Positions 41,507 to 51,037 of a stretch of DNA of 64,000 nt are shown here, piece by piece. The DNA lies in the NCBI GenBank assembly GCA_045544955.1, contig JAZPZY010000065.1, positions 64,067-128,066 on the forward strand. The letters run 5' to 3'. The notes under the pieces are model-generated. The model saw only the letters and a list, made by a program, of their open reading frames with translations, had not been told where the DNA came from and searched no databases. A program made the position numbers and the translations under genes. Position 1 is the stretch's first letter. Each line of letters opens with the position of its first letter. Origin of the DNA: Eubacteriales bacterium. GTDB taxonomy: Bacteria > Bacillota > Clostridia > Oscillospirales > CAG-272.

Positions 41507-42570
41507 TTGGAAAGAAGTTCACCGATGAAATTGTTTGAAAGTCTGGATAAAGAGTGGAACGAACCGGGAAAAGGCACCTACGCCCCCTATTATTTCCGCT
41601 ATCTGGGATACAAAAAAGATCTGGCTGCATCTCCTGCCGTTCTGCGGGCAAACGGCATCTGTGCCCTGTTCACGGAGACAACGCCCGTCATACTGAAAAG
41701 TGAATGGATTGCCGGGAACAAAAAATCGTTATTTTGTGAAGAAAATGAAATCGTTCTACGTTACGCAAAAGAGCTGACGGACACGCTTCTGCACCGGGTA
41801 TTCCGCACGAATGCCGATCACTTCGCGCCCCATTACGAGCATGTTTTAGCCGTTGGCATCGGCGGATTGAAGCAGGAAATCGACGTCTCTTTGAAAAAAT
41901 ACGTCGGCGACGCGGACAAAACGGAAACGCTCTGCGCCATGAAGCAGACCCTGTGTGCGTTCAGCACTATGATTGAAAATTATGCGTCCGCCGCCGAGGC
42001 GGCCATGGGAAAGGAAGGCTTTGACGACCGGCGTCTTCGGTTTATGGCGGACAACTGCCATGCCATAGCTGACGGCGCGCCCCAAAACTTTGCCCAGGCA
42101 CTGCAGCTCGTATGGTTCTGCCATTTGGCATTCCGCATGGAAGGAAGAGCCGCCATGGCGCTCGGTCGGCTGGATCAGTATCTGTATCCTTTTTACAAAG
42201 CCGATACGGAGGCGGGAAGAATTGGCGACGAAGAAGTGATTGAGCTTCTGAAAAACGTGTTCGTCCGCCTGCGGGACGGGGTCTCCAACGACATCGTCAA
42301 TATCTGTCTTGGCGGGCAGAACGCCAAAGGTGAATGTCAGATCAATCCGCTCAGTTACTGTATCGTACGCGCGGTGCGGAACTGCAACTTCCCCGGCCCC
42401 AATCTGTCTCTCCGGTATACTGAGAACACCCCCGACGATTTTCTGGACGAATGTCTCAAAACCATCGGAACGGGACTTGGCTATCTCCGGCACTCATGAA
42501 CGATGACGTAAACATCGCCGCATTGAAGCAATACGGCTATGCGGAAGAGGACGTGTACAACTACTGCAAG
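41507..42570 (+). pseudogene. Glycyl-radical enzyme (PFL-like) N-terminal fragment, frameshifted and truncated
   Basis: It has the PFL-like block FAQALQLVWFCHLAFRMEGRAAMALGRLDQYLYPFY. The frame breaks after codon Y at 42482..42484 (GTGLGY | PALMNDDVNIAALKQYGYAEEDVYNY continues in the next frame). The similarity ends at about 42567. The C-terminal roughly 450 aa, including the glycyl-radical loop, are absent. Confidence 0.7.
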
Positions 42571-42939
42571 GCTCTGCAGGCGAAAAATGACGGTCTCGGC
42601 GTGGATCTGTGCGTGGAATGTTCCGGTGCTCCCGCCGCCGTGGTACAGGGCATGGATATCCTCCGCAATCGCGGTGTGTACCTCGTTCCCGGTCAGTACA
42701 GCGCGTCGGGCGGTATTGAAATTCAGCCGCAGATGATTACGTTCAAGGCACTGCACATCATCGGCTCTTCCCAGTATTCCATGTGCGACGTGCGCACGTA
42801 TCTTGACTTTTTGGCATCCCACACCGAGCTGCACAAAAAAATCGAAAAACTGGGCACGAAATTCAAAGTTTCCGAAATCAATGATGCCATCGCCTTTGCC
42901 AAATCCGGCAAAAACGTGAAAACGCTGCTGGTGAAATAA
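42571..42939 (+). pseudogene. C-terminal fragment of a zinc-type (MDR) alcohol/polyol dehydrogenase, fused in frame to the GRE remnant
   Basis: GVDLCVECSGAPAAVVQGMDILRNRGVYLVPGQ ... ALHIIGSS ... INDAIAFAKSGKNVKTLLV is the Rossmann-end and C-terminus of an MDR enzyme. The catalytic N-terminal domain is missing. Confidence 0.65.
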
Positions 42940-42940
42940 C

Positions 42941-44266
42941 ATGGCTCTTATCATTTTTTCCGGTCAGAGCAATATGCAGGGGCAAAGCGACCGGCTTTCC
43001 GAAAATGCCGTGGTGGAGGATGCGTACGAATACAAATTTCTCACCGACGAGATAGTGCCTCTCCAAAATCCCGTGAAAGCCGACGTGGGCATTGAAAAAT
43101 TCGGCATCATCCGGGTAGGACGCTTTGTCGGTGACGGCACGGCAGACGCCGCCCGCCGCACGGAGCTTTCGAACAATATTCTTGCCGGCGAACGGGTAGA
43201 TCTGGTAAACCACGTTTCCACCTATCTCACCGCCATGATCCCCGCCGGCTGCTTTGTGGATATTGCCAACGTCAACAGCGATATCATCGATTACAGCAAA
43301 CCCTGGTATCACAGTTACGTGAACGAAAACCTGAAGATCGACGGCCGTCTGTACGGTGTTTCCAACTGGTTTGAGTTCTCTACCATCACCCGCGGCACCG
43401 TTATCTTCTTCAATATGGAAATGTCGGAAGCGCACGGCGTGGGCGATCTGTACCAGATCGCCCGGGACGGCGACTGGACCTATGAAAAAATGATGGAGAT
43501 CGCAGAATCGGTAGGTGCCGATCTGAACAACGACGCCGTATACGACGATAACGACCGCTACGGGCTGGCAAGCCAGCAGGACTGCTGGTTCCAGCAGGTA
43601 TACACCACCGGCTATCAGTTCGTAAAGGCCACCGAGGACGGCTCTCTTGCGGTATCTGACATCGACGACCGCTTGATTCATGCCTTTGACACCGTACAGA
43701 AGATCTACAAATCCAACTGGTACCAGAGCTTCAAGAACTACGGAGAAACGGCACGCGACATAACCATCATGTACGAAGGATTCAACAGCGATCGGATCCT
43801 GTTCTTGCTCCGCTTCATCAGCGATACCAGCGCACAGGCACTCCGGGACGGCGGTAAGTTCGGCATTCTGCCCACGCCCAAGTTCACAAAGGATCAAGAG
43901 TACGGCACCGCTACCCTGCCCACCATTTCCTGCGTACCGGTAACTGCCGGCAGTGTACGTACTTCTGCCATTATTTTGGATGCTCTTGCCTCGAGTACGT
44001 ACAAGTACACGCGTCCCGCTTACTTTGACGTGGCACTCTCCTATAAGTACGTAAACGATGCGGAATCCCGGGAAATGCTGGATATCGCTTTCGCCAATAT
44101 GCACTGCGATTTCGGCTATATGTACATGTACAGCGGATTCGGCAGCGAGATCCCCATGACGCTGAGCCGTGCCGCCAATCTGGCATCCTGGATCGCCACC
44201 TACAAGCCCAGAACCGATGCGGGACTTATGACGCTGGTAGAGCAGGTGAAAAATCTGCCGCAATAA
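42941..44266 (+). pseudogene. Chimeric ORF: SGNH/SASA-type esterase N-terminus fused to the C-terminal ~370 aa of a family-1 solute-binding protein
   Basis: It begins ALIIFSGQSNMQGQS (the GQSNM nucleophile block of sialate-O-acetylesterase-like enzymes). It then switches to SBP-like sequence (KIDGRLYGVSNWFE, GKFGILPTPKF). It has no signal peptide or lipobox, and no permease genes are nearby. Confidence 0.55.
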
Positions 44267-44271
44267 ACATC

Positions 44272-44300
44272 AAGGGCCTCCGACATTGCCGGAGGCCCTT
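44272..44300. terminator. Hairpin between convergent genes
   Basis: AAGGGCCTCCG-N7-CGGAGGCCCTT. Confidence 0.7.
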
Positions 44301-44320
44301 GGTTATGCTGCACGCTTGCT

Positions 44321-45562
44321 TTACCGGAAGGATGCCCGGTATTCCTTGGGCGATTTGCCCACCAGTTTTTTGAACATTTTTGAAAAATACTGCACGTCCA
44401 TTACGCCGCAGTGAGAGGCTACGGTCTGAATCTGGAGATCGGTATTCTTCAGCAGATAATCCGCATGGTGAATCCGCTTTTCCCACACGTATTCGGATAC
44501 CGTTTTCCCCGTCTCTTTTTTGAACAGAGTGGAAAGATAGCCGGGGCTTATATCCTGACGGGCGGCAAGAGTATGCAGCGTCAGATCGGCGGAAAGATCC
44601 GCATCCACCGTGAGTATGGTTTTCTGCACGAGAGGAGAATACCTCCGTATGGAATGATTGTAAACCAGCCGGCAGTAGGCGGAAAACATTTCCTTCATAA
44701 GATCCGTGGATTCACGGAGAGAGGTGCTGTTTTCGATCCTTTCCGCAAATTTTGAGGAAATCCGGTCAATATAGAAGGGGTGGACGCCGCCCGTCTCGGC
44801 CGCTTTCCGCAGAAGCGTATTCATGATGATGCTGTAATTTTTTGCGTTGCGAAGCGGATCCGCCGTTCGCATCTCAAAGGGATGCTCCTCCAAAGCCGCC
44901 ATGAGAATCTCCGTTTTGTGCTGCTGTCCCCGTGCCACTGCCTGAATGAGATCGTTTTCAAAGGCGTACCGTGTCTCCATAAGGGCCACCTTAGCCGCTA
45001 TATCGCCGGCCGCATCTCCCTTGGCAAGGGGATGAATAGGGGAAAAAGGCAGTACTGTCTGCTGATTCACGTCTACAACGGCAAAGGCAGGGCTGTGCCA
45101 CAGGCGTTCACAGAACGTATCCAGCACGGCAAAAAAGCAATCGTTTCCGGAGATCACGGACAACGAGGCGTAATATTCTTCAAAATACGACTGACTCGCC
45201 GGGGCGATCCCCATGGATTCTCCCAGTTCCAGAAGTTCCTTTGCCGACAGCGGTGCCTCCAGATACGGCCCGATCAGAAGAAGCGTTTCCTCCTCCCCGT
45301 CCAACAGCAGCATACAGATATGCCGGCACCGGAATACGTCTGCAAAAGTATACCGGGTAACAGGCTCGATTTTCCCCAGATACTCCCGGACGGTTGTCTG
45401 CGGTGCGGGCACCATCCCCGTCAGCTCCCGAAGGCACGGGGCAATCAGTATTTCAGCCGGCTCCGACGGAGAGATCACCCTCACGGGTACGCGGCATTTC
45501 GTCAGAATATCCTGCAGAAAGGAAAATTCCGTTTCGTTGTTCATATTCATCCCTTCTTTCAT
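44321..45562 (-). CDS. AraC-family regulator with a large N-terminal sensor domain
   Basis: C-terminal HTH pair LTLHTLAARQDISPGYLSTLFKKETGKTVSEYVWEKRIHHADYLLKNT ... VASHCGVMDVQYFSKMFKK. Confidence 0.85.
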   Translation of the reverse strand: MKEGMNMNNETEFSFLQDILTKCRVPVRVISPSEPAEILIAPCLRELTGMVPAPQTTVREYLGKIEPVTRYTFADVFRCRHICMLLLDGEEETLLLIGPYLEAPLSAKELLELGESMGIAPASQSYFEEYYASLSVISGNDCFFAVLDTFCERLWHSPAFAVVDVNQQTVLPFSPIHPLAKGDAAGDIAAKVALMETRYAFENDLIQAVARGQQHKTEILMAALEEHPFEMRTADPLRNAKNYSIIMNTLLRKAAETGGVHPFYIDRISSKFAERIENSTSLRESTDLMKEMFSAYCRLVYNHSIRRYSPLVQKTILTVDADLSADLTLHTLAARQDISPGYLSTLFKKETGKTVSEYVWEKRIHHADYLLKNTDLQIQTVASHCGVMDVQYFSKMFKKLVGKSPKEYRASFR

Positions 45563-45760
45563 GCAAATTTTCCAAACACTGTTGTCATTATAGCACGATT
45601 GCTTTACAGAATCAATAAATTATTCGCACAAAAATAAAAATAATACAAAAATACATGAAAATAATACTCACCTATATAATATGGGTATGGTATAATAATA
45701 AAAATACTCCCCATATTTCAATTTTTTATCTCAAAAAACAGCAAAGAGAGGTCTTGACTA

Positions 45761-47220
45761 ATGAAAAAAGAACAAGCAACCACCGCAAACGGCAAGCGGC
45801 CGTTCGGCATACGCGACTCTCTCGCATATGCAGCGGGCGACCTTGGATGCAACATGAGTTTTGCGCTCAAGGGCACCATGGCACTGTTCTGGACACAGGT
45901 TATGGGCATGAGTGCCTGGTATTCTCTGCTTCTTGTTATCGTGCAGTTCTGGGATGCCATCAATGATCCGCTGATCGGATCCATGATTGATGCAGATCAG
46001 CACCGGTACAAAAGAAACAAATTCCTGCAGTACATCTGGATCGGCTCTCTTGGGCTGATCGTAGGCGGTGCATGCTGCTTCCTTCCGTTTCCCGGTGCCC
46101 CCGTTTGGGCGAAATTCATTATCTTCATTGCGGGATATGTAGTCTGGGATGCTTTCTACACCATAGCAAACGTTCCCTACGGCTCTCTGCTTTCTCTCAT
46201 CTCCAATGAACCGGCAGACAGAGCCCCTCCCTTTCCGCATGGCGTTCCATTGGCTCTATGGTGGGCAATATGCTTCCTATGGTCATCCTTCCCTTCCTCA
46301 TCTACAACGAGGATGAATCTCTTAACGGAAACATGGTGTTCGTGGCTGCCCTCGTTATGGGTGTTCTCGGCTTCATTTGCTTCCAGTTTATGATCAAGAA
46401 CACGGAGATCCGCGTAGAAACGCAGGCGCAGTTAAACGAAAATCAGCCCAAATTCAACGTATGGAAAGCACTTGTCAACTTCGCAAAGAACCGCCCCGCT
46501 GTCGGTGCGACGCTTGCAGCTATGGGTATGTTCATCGGTATGCAGGGCGCTGCCACTGCCGTTTCCGTTACGTTCCAGATCTACTTCAAAAACACGGAGA
46601 TCTCCGGTATCGTTCAGCTCTTTGCGATGATCCCGATTCTCGTCTTTACTCCTCTTGCCCGTAAGAGGGTCGTTAAATTCGGCAAGAAAGAGCTGGCGGT
46701 CGTAGGCTCCATTGCTTCCATCATCGGCGGCCTCGGCCTGTTCATTATCACCCCCGATAACACAGGACTTGACCTTATCATCTATATCCTCTGCCAGCTG
46801 GTTTACAGCCTGGGCCTTGGCATCTACTCCACCGTATCCTGGGCTATGATGGGCGACGCCATCGACTACAACGAATGGAAGACCGGCAGACGTGAGGAAG
46901 GCGTTGTATATTCTCTCCACTCCTTCTTCCGTAAACTGGCTCAGGGTATCGGTCCCGCCGTTGCCCTCCTTATCATGCAGAGTATGGGCTATGTGAACAA
47001 CGCTGTGGACCCCGAAACCGGTGCTGCTTTTATCGACGTTACCCTGCTCCCCTGGGAATTCGCAGTGGAACTGCGTACTCTTGTCGCTGTTCTGTTCCTG
47101 GCTTCTGCAATCATGCAGTTCATTGGTCTCGGTCTTATCTATAACCTGGACAAGAAAACCCTTGCCCAGATGAACAAAGATCTTGGCCGCGATGTGGAAG
47201 GCGACGCACAGGCTCAGTAA
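45761..47220 (+). pseudogene. GPH-family (glycoside-pentoside-hexuronide:cation) symporter, split by a 1-nt frameshift
   Basis: ORFs 45761..46393 and 46258..47220 are two halves of one transporter (AYAAGDLGCNMSF, FWDAINDPLIGSMID ... then LSAWRSIGSMVGNMLP). The frame change maps to the C-rich run at 46224..46231. Confidence 0.75.
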
Positions 47221-47312
47221 TTTTTGCGAGGTGTCCGGTGGTTGCCGCCGGACACCTCCCTTGGATTTTCTGCATTACCATCTGAACATTTGCAACAAAA
47301 AGGAGAACTTCT

Positions 47313-49601
47313 GTGAGAAACATAGTTAGTCTGAACGAAAACTGGCTGTTTGCCAAAGACACAACCGATATTCAGTGCCGTGAGGGAGAAACCGTAAATC
47401 TTCCCCATTCCTTCAACGCCATCGACGGACAGGACGGCGGAAACGACTATTTCCGCGGCACCTGCCTGTACGCAAAAACACTGAAAAAAGCAGAGCTGCC
47501 CCAGGCGGATCAGTATTATCTGGAGATCCGCGGTGCCAACTCCTCCGCCGACGTATACGTGGCCGGCGAAAAGCTCGCCCATCACGACGGCGGTTATTCC
47601 ACCTGGCGTGTCAACATCACCGAAAAGCTCACCGAGGAAACGGAGATCGCCATTCTGGTGGACAACGCCCCCAGCGATACGGTATACCCCCAGATGGCCG
47701 ACTTTACCTTCTACGGCGGTCTGTACAGAAACGTAAACCTGATCTGCGTGAGCAACGCGCACTTCGATCTGGATTACTGCGGCGGCCCCGGTCTGAAGAT
47801 CACCCCGTCGGTTAACGGAAAAGACGCTTCTGTAGAAGTGGAAGTATTCACAACGGCACTTGCCGAAAATCAGAAGCTGATCTATAGCCTCTACGACAAG
47901 GACGAAAATGAACTTGAGAAAATCGAATCGGCCGACAAGAAAGTCACCTTTGCAATCAAGGACGTACATCTGTGGCACGGCCGCCGCGATCCGTACCTCT
48001 ACTGCTGTGAGGTGGAAATCGCAGAAAACGGCGAAGTGCTGGATAACGTATGCAGCCGCTTCGGCGTCCGCACGTTCAAGATCGATCCCGATAACGGCTT
48101 CATCCTGAACGGAGAGGAATACCCGCTCCGGGGCGTGTCCCGCCATCAGGACAGATGGGGCGTGGGCAACGCCCTTCTGCCGGAGCATCACGCCGAGGAT
48201 ATTGATCTGATCATGGAGGTAGGTGCTACCACCATCCGTCTGGCACACTACCAGCACGATCAGTATTTCTACGATCTGTGCGACGAAAAGGGCCTCGTCA
48301 TCTGGGCGGAGATTCCCTATATTTCAAAGCACATGCCCGGCGGCCGGGAAAACACCATCTCCCAGATGAAAGAGCTGATCACCCAGAATTACAACCACGC
48401 CTCCATCGTTGTATGGGGCCTGTCCAACGAGATCTCCATCGGCGGCTCGGATGAGGATCTTCTGGAGAATCACCGCATCCTGAACGATCTGGTGCACGAA
48501 ATGGATAAAACCCGCCTGACCACCATCGCGGCGGTGTCCATGTGCAAAATGGACGATCCCTATCTGCAGATTCCCGACGTCGTATCCTACAATCACTATT
48601 TCGGCTGGTACGGCGGCGACACCACCATGAACGGCCCCTGGTTTGATAAATTCCACCAGACCCATCCCACCATCCCAATCGGCTGTTCTGAGTACGGCTG
48701 TGAAGCATTGAACTGGCACACCAGCGATCCGAAGCAGGGCGACTACACGGAGGAGTATCAGGCATACTACCATGAGGAGCTTATAAAGCAGTTCTTTACC
48801 CGGAAATATATCTGGGCAACCCACGTTTGGAATATGTTCGATTTCGGTGCAGATGCCAGATCCGAGGGCGGCGAAAACGGACAGAACCACAAGGGACTTG
48901 TGACCATCGACAGAAAGTACAAGAAGGATGCCTTCTACGCGTACAAGGCGTGGCTCGTCTCCCCCGAGGAGGATCCCTTCGTCCACCTCTGCGGCAAGCG
49001 GTACGTGGATCGGGTAGAGGACGTAACCAAGGTAACGGTCTACTCCAACCTGCCGGAGGTAGAGCTGTTTGTCAACGGCGAGAGCATCGGCAAAAAGACG
49101 GCAGAGGATCACTTCTTCTATTTCGACGTGAAGAACGTGGGCGAAAGCACCCTCGTTGCCAAGGCCGGCGATCTCTCCGACGAGGGCAAGATCCGCAAGG
49201 TAGCCGAGAGAAACATGGACTACGTTCTGGTGGAAAAGGGGGCCGTTCTCAACTGGTTTGATATCGACGCTCCGGAAGGACGCTTCTCTCTGAACGATAA
49301 GATCTCCGATATTATGTCCTGTCTCCGGGGTAAGCTGTGGTTTGCCTCCTTCGGTCTTATGCTCAAAAAGAAGATGGATGCGGGCAAGAAAGACAGTGCG
49401 GAAGGCAAGAAGAAGGCAGGCGGATTTGAGGTGAATCTCAAGGATGCCGCCGGCAGCGGCCTTATGGAAATGATGGGCGGCTTCAGCGTGCTCCGTCTTT
49501 CCTCCATGATGGGCATGATGAACATCTCCCTCACCAAGGAAGAGCTGCTGAAGCTGAACAGACAGCTGAACCGGATCAAAAAGCCGAAAAAGAAAAACTG
49601 A
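47313..49601 (+). CDS. GH2 glycoside hydrolase, beta-glucuronidase-like
   Basis: GTG start with AAGGAG upstream. It has the acid/base WGLSNEI, the nucleophile GCSEYGCEA, YNHYFGWYGG, and an N-x-K motif (GQNHKGLVT). Confidence 0.8.
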   Translation: MRNIVSLNENWLFAKDTTDIQCREGETVNLPHSFNAIDGQDGGNDYFRGTCLYAKTLKKAELPQADQYYLEIRGANSSADVYVAGEKLAHHDGGYSTWRVNITEKLTEETEIAILVDNAPSDTVYPQMADFTFYGGLYRNVNLICVSNAHFDLDYCGGPGLKITPSVNGKDASVEVEVFTTALAENQKLIYSLYDKDENELEKIESADKKVTFAIKDVHLWHGRRDPYLYCCEVEIAENGEVLDNVCSRFGVRTFKIDPDNGFILNGEEYPLRGVSRHQDRWGVGNALLPEHHAEDIDLIMEVGATTIRLAHYQHDQYFYDLCDEKGLVIWAEIPYISKHMPGGRENTISQMKELITQNYNHASIVVWGLSNEISIGGSDEDLLENHRILNDLVHEMDKTRLTTIAAVSMCKMDDPYLQIPDVVSYNHYFGWYGGDTTMNGPWFDKFHQTHPTIPIGCSEYGCEALNWHTSDPKQGDYTEEYQAYYHEELIKQFFTRKYIWATHVWNMFDFGADARSEGGENGQNHKGLVTIDRKYKKDAFYAYKAWLVSPEEDPFVHLCGKRYVDRVEDVTKVTVYSNLPEVELFVNGESIGKKTAEDHFFYFDVKNVGESTLVAKAGDLSDEGKIRKVAERNMDYVLVEKGAVLNWFDIDAPEGRFSLNDKISDIMSCLRGKLWFASFGLMLKKKMDAGKKDSAEGKKKAGGFEVNLKDAAGSGLMEMMGGFSVLRLSSMMGMMNISLTKEELLKLNRQLNRIKKPKKKN

Positions 49602-49627
49602 CCGGTCTCCCCAAAATGCAAACGGAA

Positions 49628-49660
49628 TCTCCCAAAAGTATTCACTTTTGGGAGATTTTC
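49628..49660 (+). terminator. Intrinsic terminator after the GH2 gene
   Basis: TCTCCCAAAAGT-attc-ACTTTTGGGAGA followed by TTTT. Confidence 0.8.
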
Positions 49661-49678
49661 ATTTTCTTACAAGAACCC

Positions 49679-49707
49679 TTGACACTAAAATCACACTGCG
49701 GTATAAT
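49679..49707 (+). promoter_or_regulatory. Consensus promoter of the hydrolase-TetR operon
   Basis: TTGACA (49679..49684), 17 nt, TATAAT (49702..49707). Confidence 0.7.
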
Positions 49708-49709
49708 GG

Positions 49710-49729
49710 TATATGAACAAGTTCATATA
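49710..49729. promoter_or_regulatory. Perfect 9-2-9 palindrome, candidate TetR operator
   Basis: TATATGAAC-AA-GTTCATATA, starting 3 nt after the -10. Confidence 0.55.
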
Positions 49730-49745
49730 AGGAAAGGAGCCGATT

Positions 49746-50510
49746 TTGAAAAGCAAGACAAACAAAAAAATCCGGATCTGGCTTCTCCTTGCCGCCATCC
49801 TTGTGCTTCTGACAGGTGCCTGTGCCCTGTATGCAGCGGATTATTACCGGGCGGATACAGCGGCCATTGCGGCGTTTACAGCCACCCTGCCTGCGGAGAA
49901 AACGGTGCTGTCCGACAGTGCCATTGCCTACGGTCCGGCGGATGCTCAGATCGGATTTATCTTCTATCCCGGCGGCAAAGTGGAATATACCGCATACGAG
50001 CCGCTGCTTCGCCGTCTTGCCTCGGACGGAATCCTGTGCATCCTTCTTCGGATGCCACTGAATCTGGCCGTACTGGACAGCGATGCGGCAGACGACGTTC
50101 TGCCGCTGTACCCGAACGTGCAGGAGTGGTACGTGGGCGGTCACTCTCTGGGCGGTGCCATAGCGGCCGGTTACGCCGCATCCCACGGAGACGTGCTCGC
50201 CGGAGTGGTTCTGCTGGGAGCCTATTCCACGAAAGATCTGACGGGCACCACGCTCCGCGTCCTCTCCGTTTACGGAAGCGAGGACGGCGTGATGAACCGG
50301 GAAAAGTACGACGACTGCAAGGGAAATCTCCCCACCGATTTTTCGGAAGTGATCCTTGACGGCGGCTGTCACGCCTATTTCGGTATGTACGGATCGCAGG
50401 ACGGAGACGGGATTCCCTCTCTCTCCGCCGACCGGCAGATCACCGAAACGGCGGACTGCATAAAGGCATTTTTCCAAAAGGGGGGGCGAATGAATGCCGA
50501 AAATCATTGA
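49746..50510 (+). CDS. Alpha/beta-fold hydrolase with an N-terminal membrane anchor
   Basis: TTG start (AGGAG upstream), TM segment IWLLLAAILVLLTGACALY, and nucleophile elbow VGGHSLGGAIA. Confidence 0.7.
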   Translation: MKSKTNKKIRIWLLLAAILVLLTGACALYAADYYRADTAAIAAFTATLPAEKTVLSDSAIAYGPADAQIGFIFYPGGKVEYTAYEPLLRRLASDGILCILLRMPLNLAVLDSDAADDVLPLYPNVQEWYVGGHSLGGAIAAGYAASHGDVLAGVVLLGAYSTKDLTGTTLRVLSVYGSEDGVMNREKYDDCKGNLPTDFSEVILDGGCHAYFGMYGSQDGDGIPSLSADRQITETADCIKAFFQKGGRMNAENH

Positions 50511-51015
50511 AAATGCCAAAGAACGGCTGATGGATGAGGCCAAACGGCAGATTGCCGTGCACGGATACGGTGCGGTTACGGTGCGGTCCGTGGCCGCCGC
50601 CTGCGGCGTGGGCGTGGGCACGGTATACAATTACTTTCCTTCAAAAGAAATGCTCGTTGCCGCCGTCGTCCTCGCCGATTGGAAGCGGTATTTAAACGAA
50701 ATGGCCGCCCTACCTATTGAGGATCCCCGGATCCTTTTTGGTGGGATCTACGCCCTGCTGCGACGGTTCGCCGATGAAAACCGGGCGCTGTTCTCCGATG
50801 CGGATGCGGCAAAGCTGGCCGCCATCGGTTTTTCCTCACGGCATAAACTGCTCCGAGGACAGATCGCCGCCTACATTCTGCCCTTCTGCACTGCCCGCAT
50901 GCTGGATAACTGCGATTTTACGGCTTCGTTTTTGGCCGAGGCTTTGATCCGCTGGTCTGCGGAAGAGACGGATTTTGACACCGTTTACCCATTGATCGAA
51001 AAAATAATTCAATAA
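50494..51015 (+). CDS. TetR/AcrR-family transcriptional regulator
   Basis: HTH AVTVRSVAAACGVGVGTVYNYFPSKEML. It overlaps the upstream gene by 17 nt. Confidence 0.85.
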   Translation: MPKIIENAKERLMDEAKRQIAVHGYGAVTVRSVAAACGVGVGTVYNYFPSKEMLVAAVVLADWKRYLNEMAALPIEDPRILFGGIYALLRRFADENRALFSDADAAKLAAIGFSSRHKLLRGQIAAYILPFCTARMLDNCDFTASFLAEALIRWSAEETDFDTVYPLIEKIIQ

Positions 51016-51037
51016 AAAACAAAAGGAGATTTGCATC

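Noticed and set aside
41507-42939. Programmed ribosomal frameshifting or an intact unusual glycyl-radical enzyme.
   Set aside because: After the shift, the GRE-like sequence lasts only about 27 codons before switching to dehydrogenase-like sequence. The glycyl-radical loop and an activase gene are absent. There is no slippery heptamer at 42480-42490.
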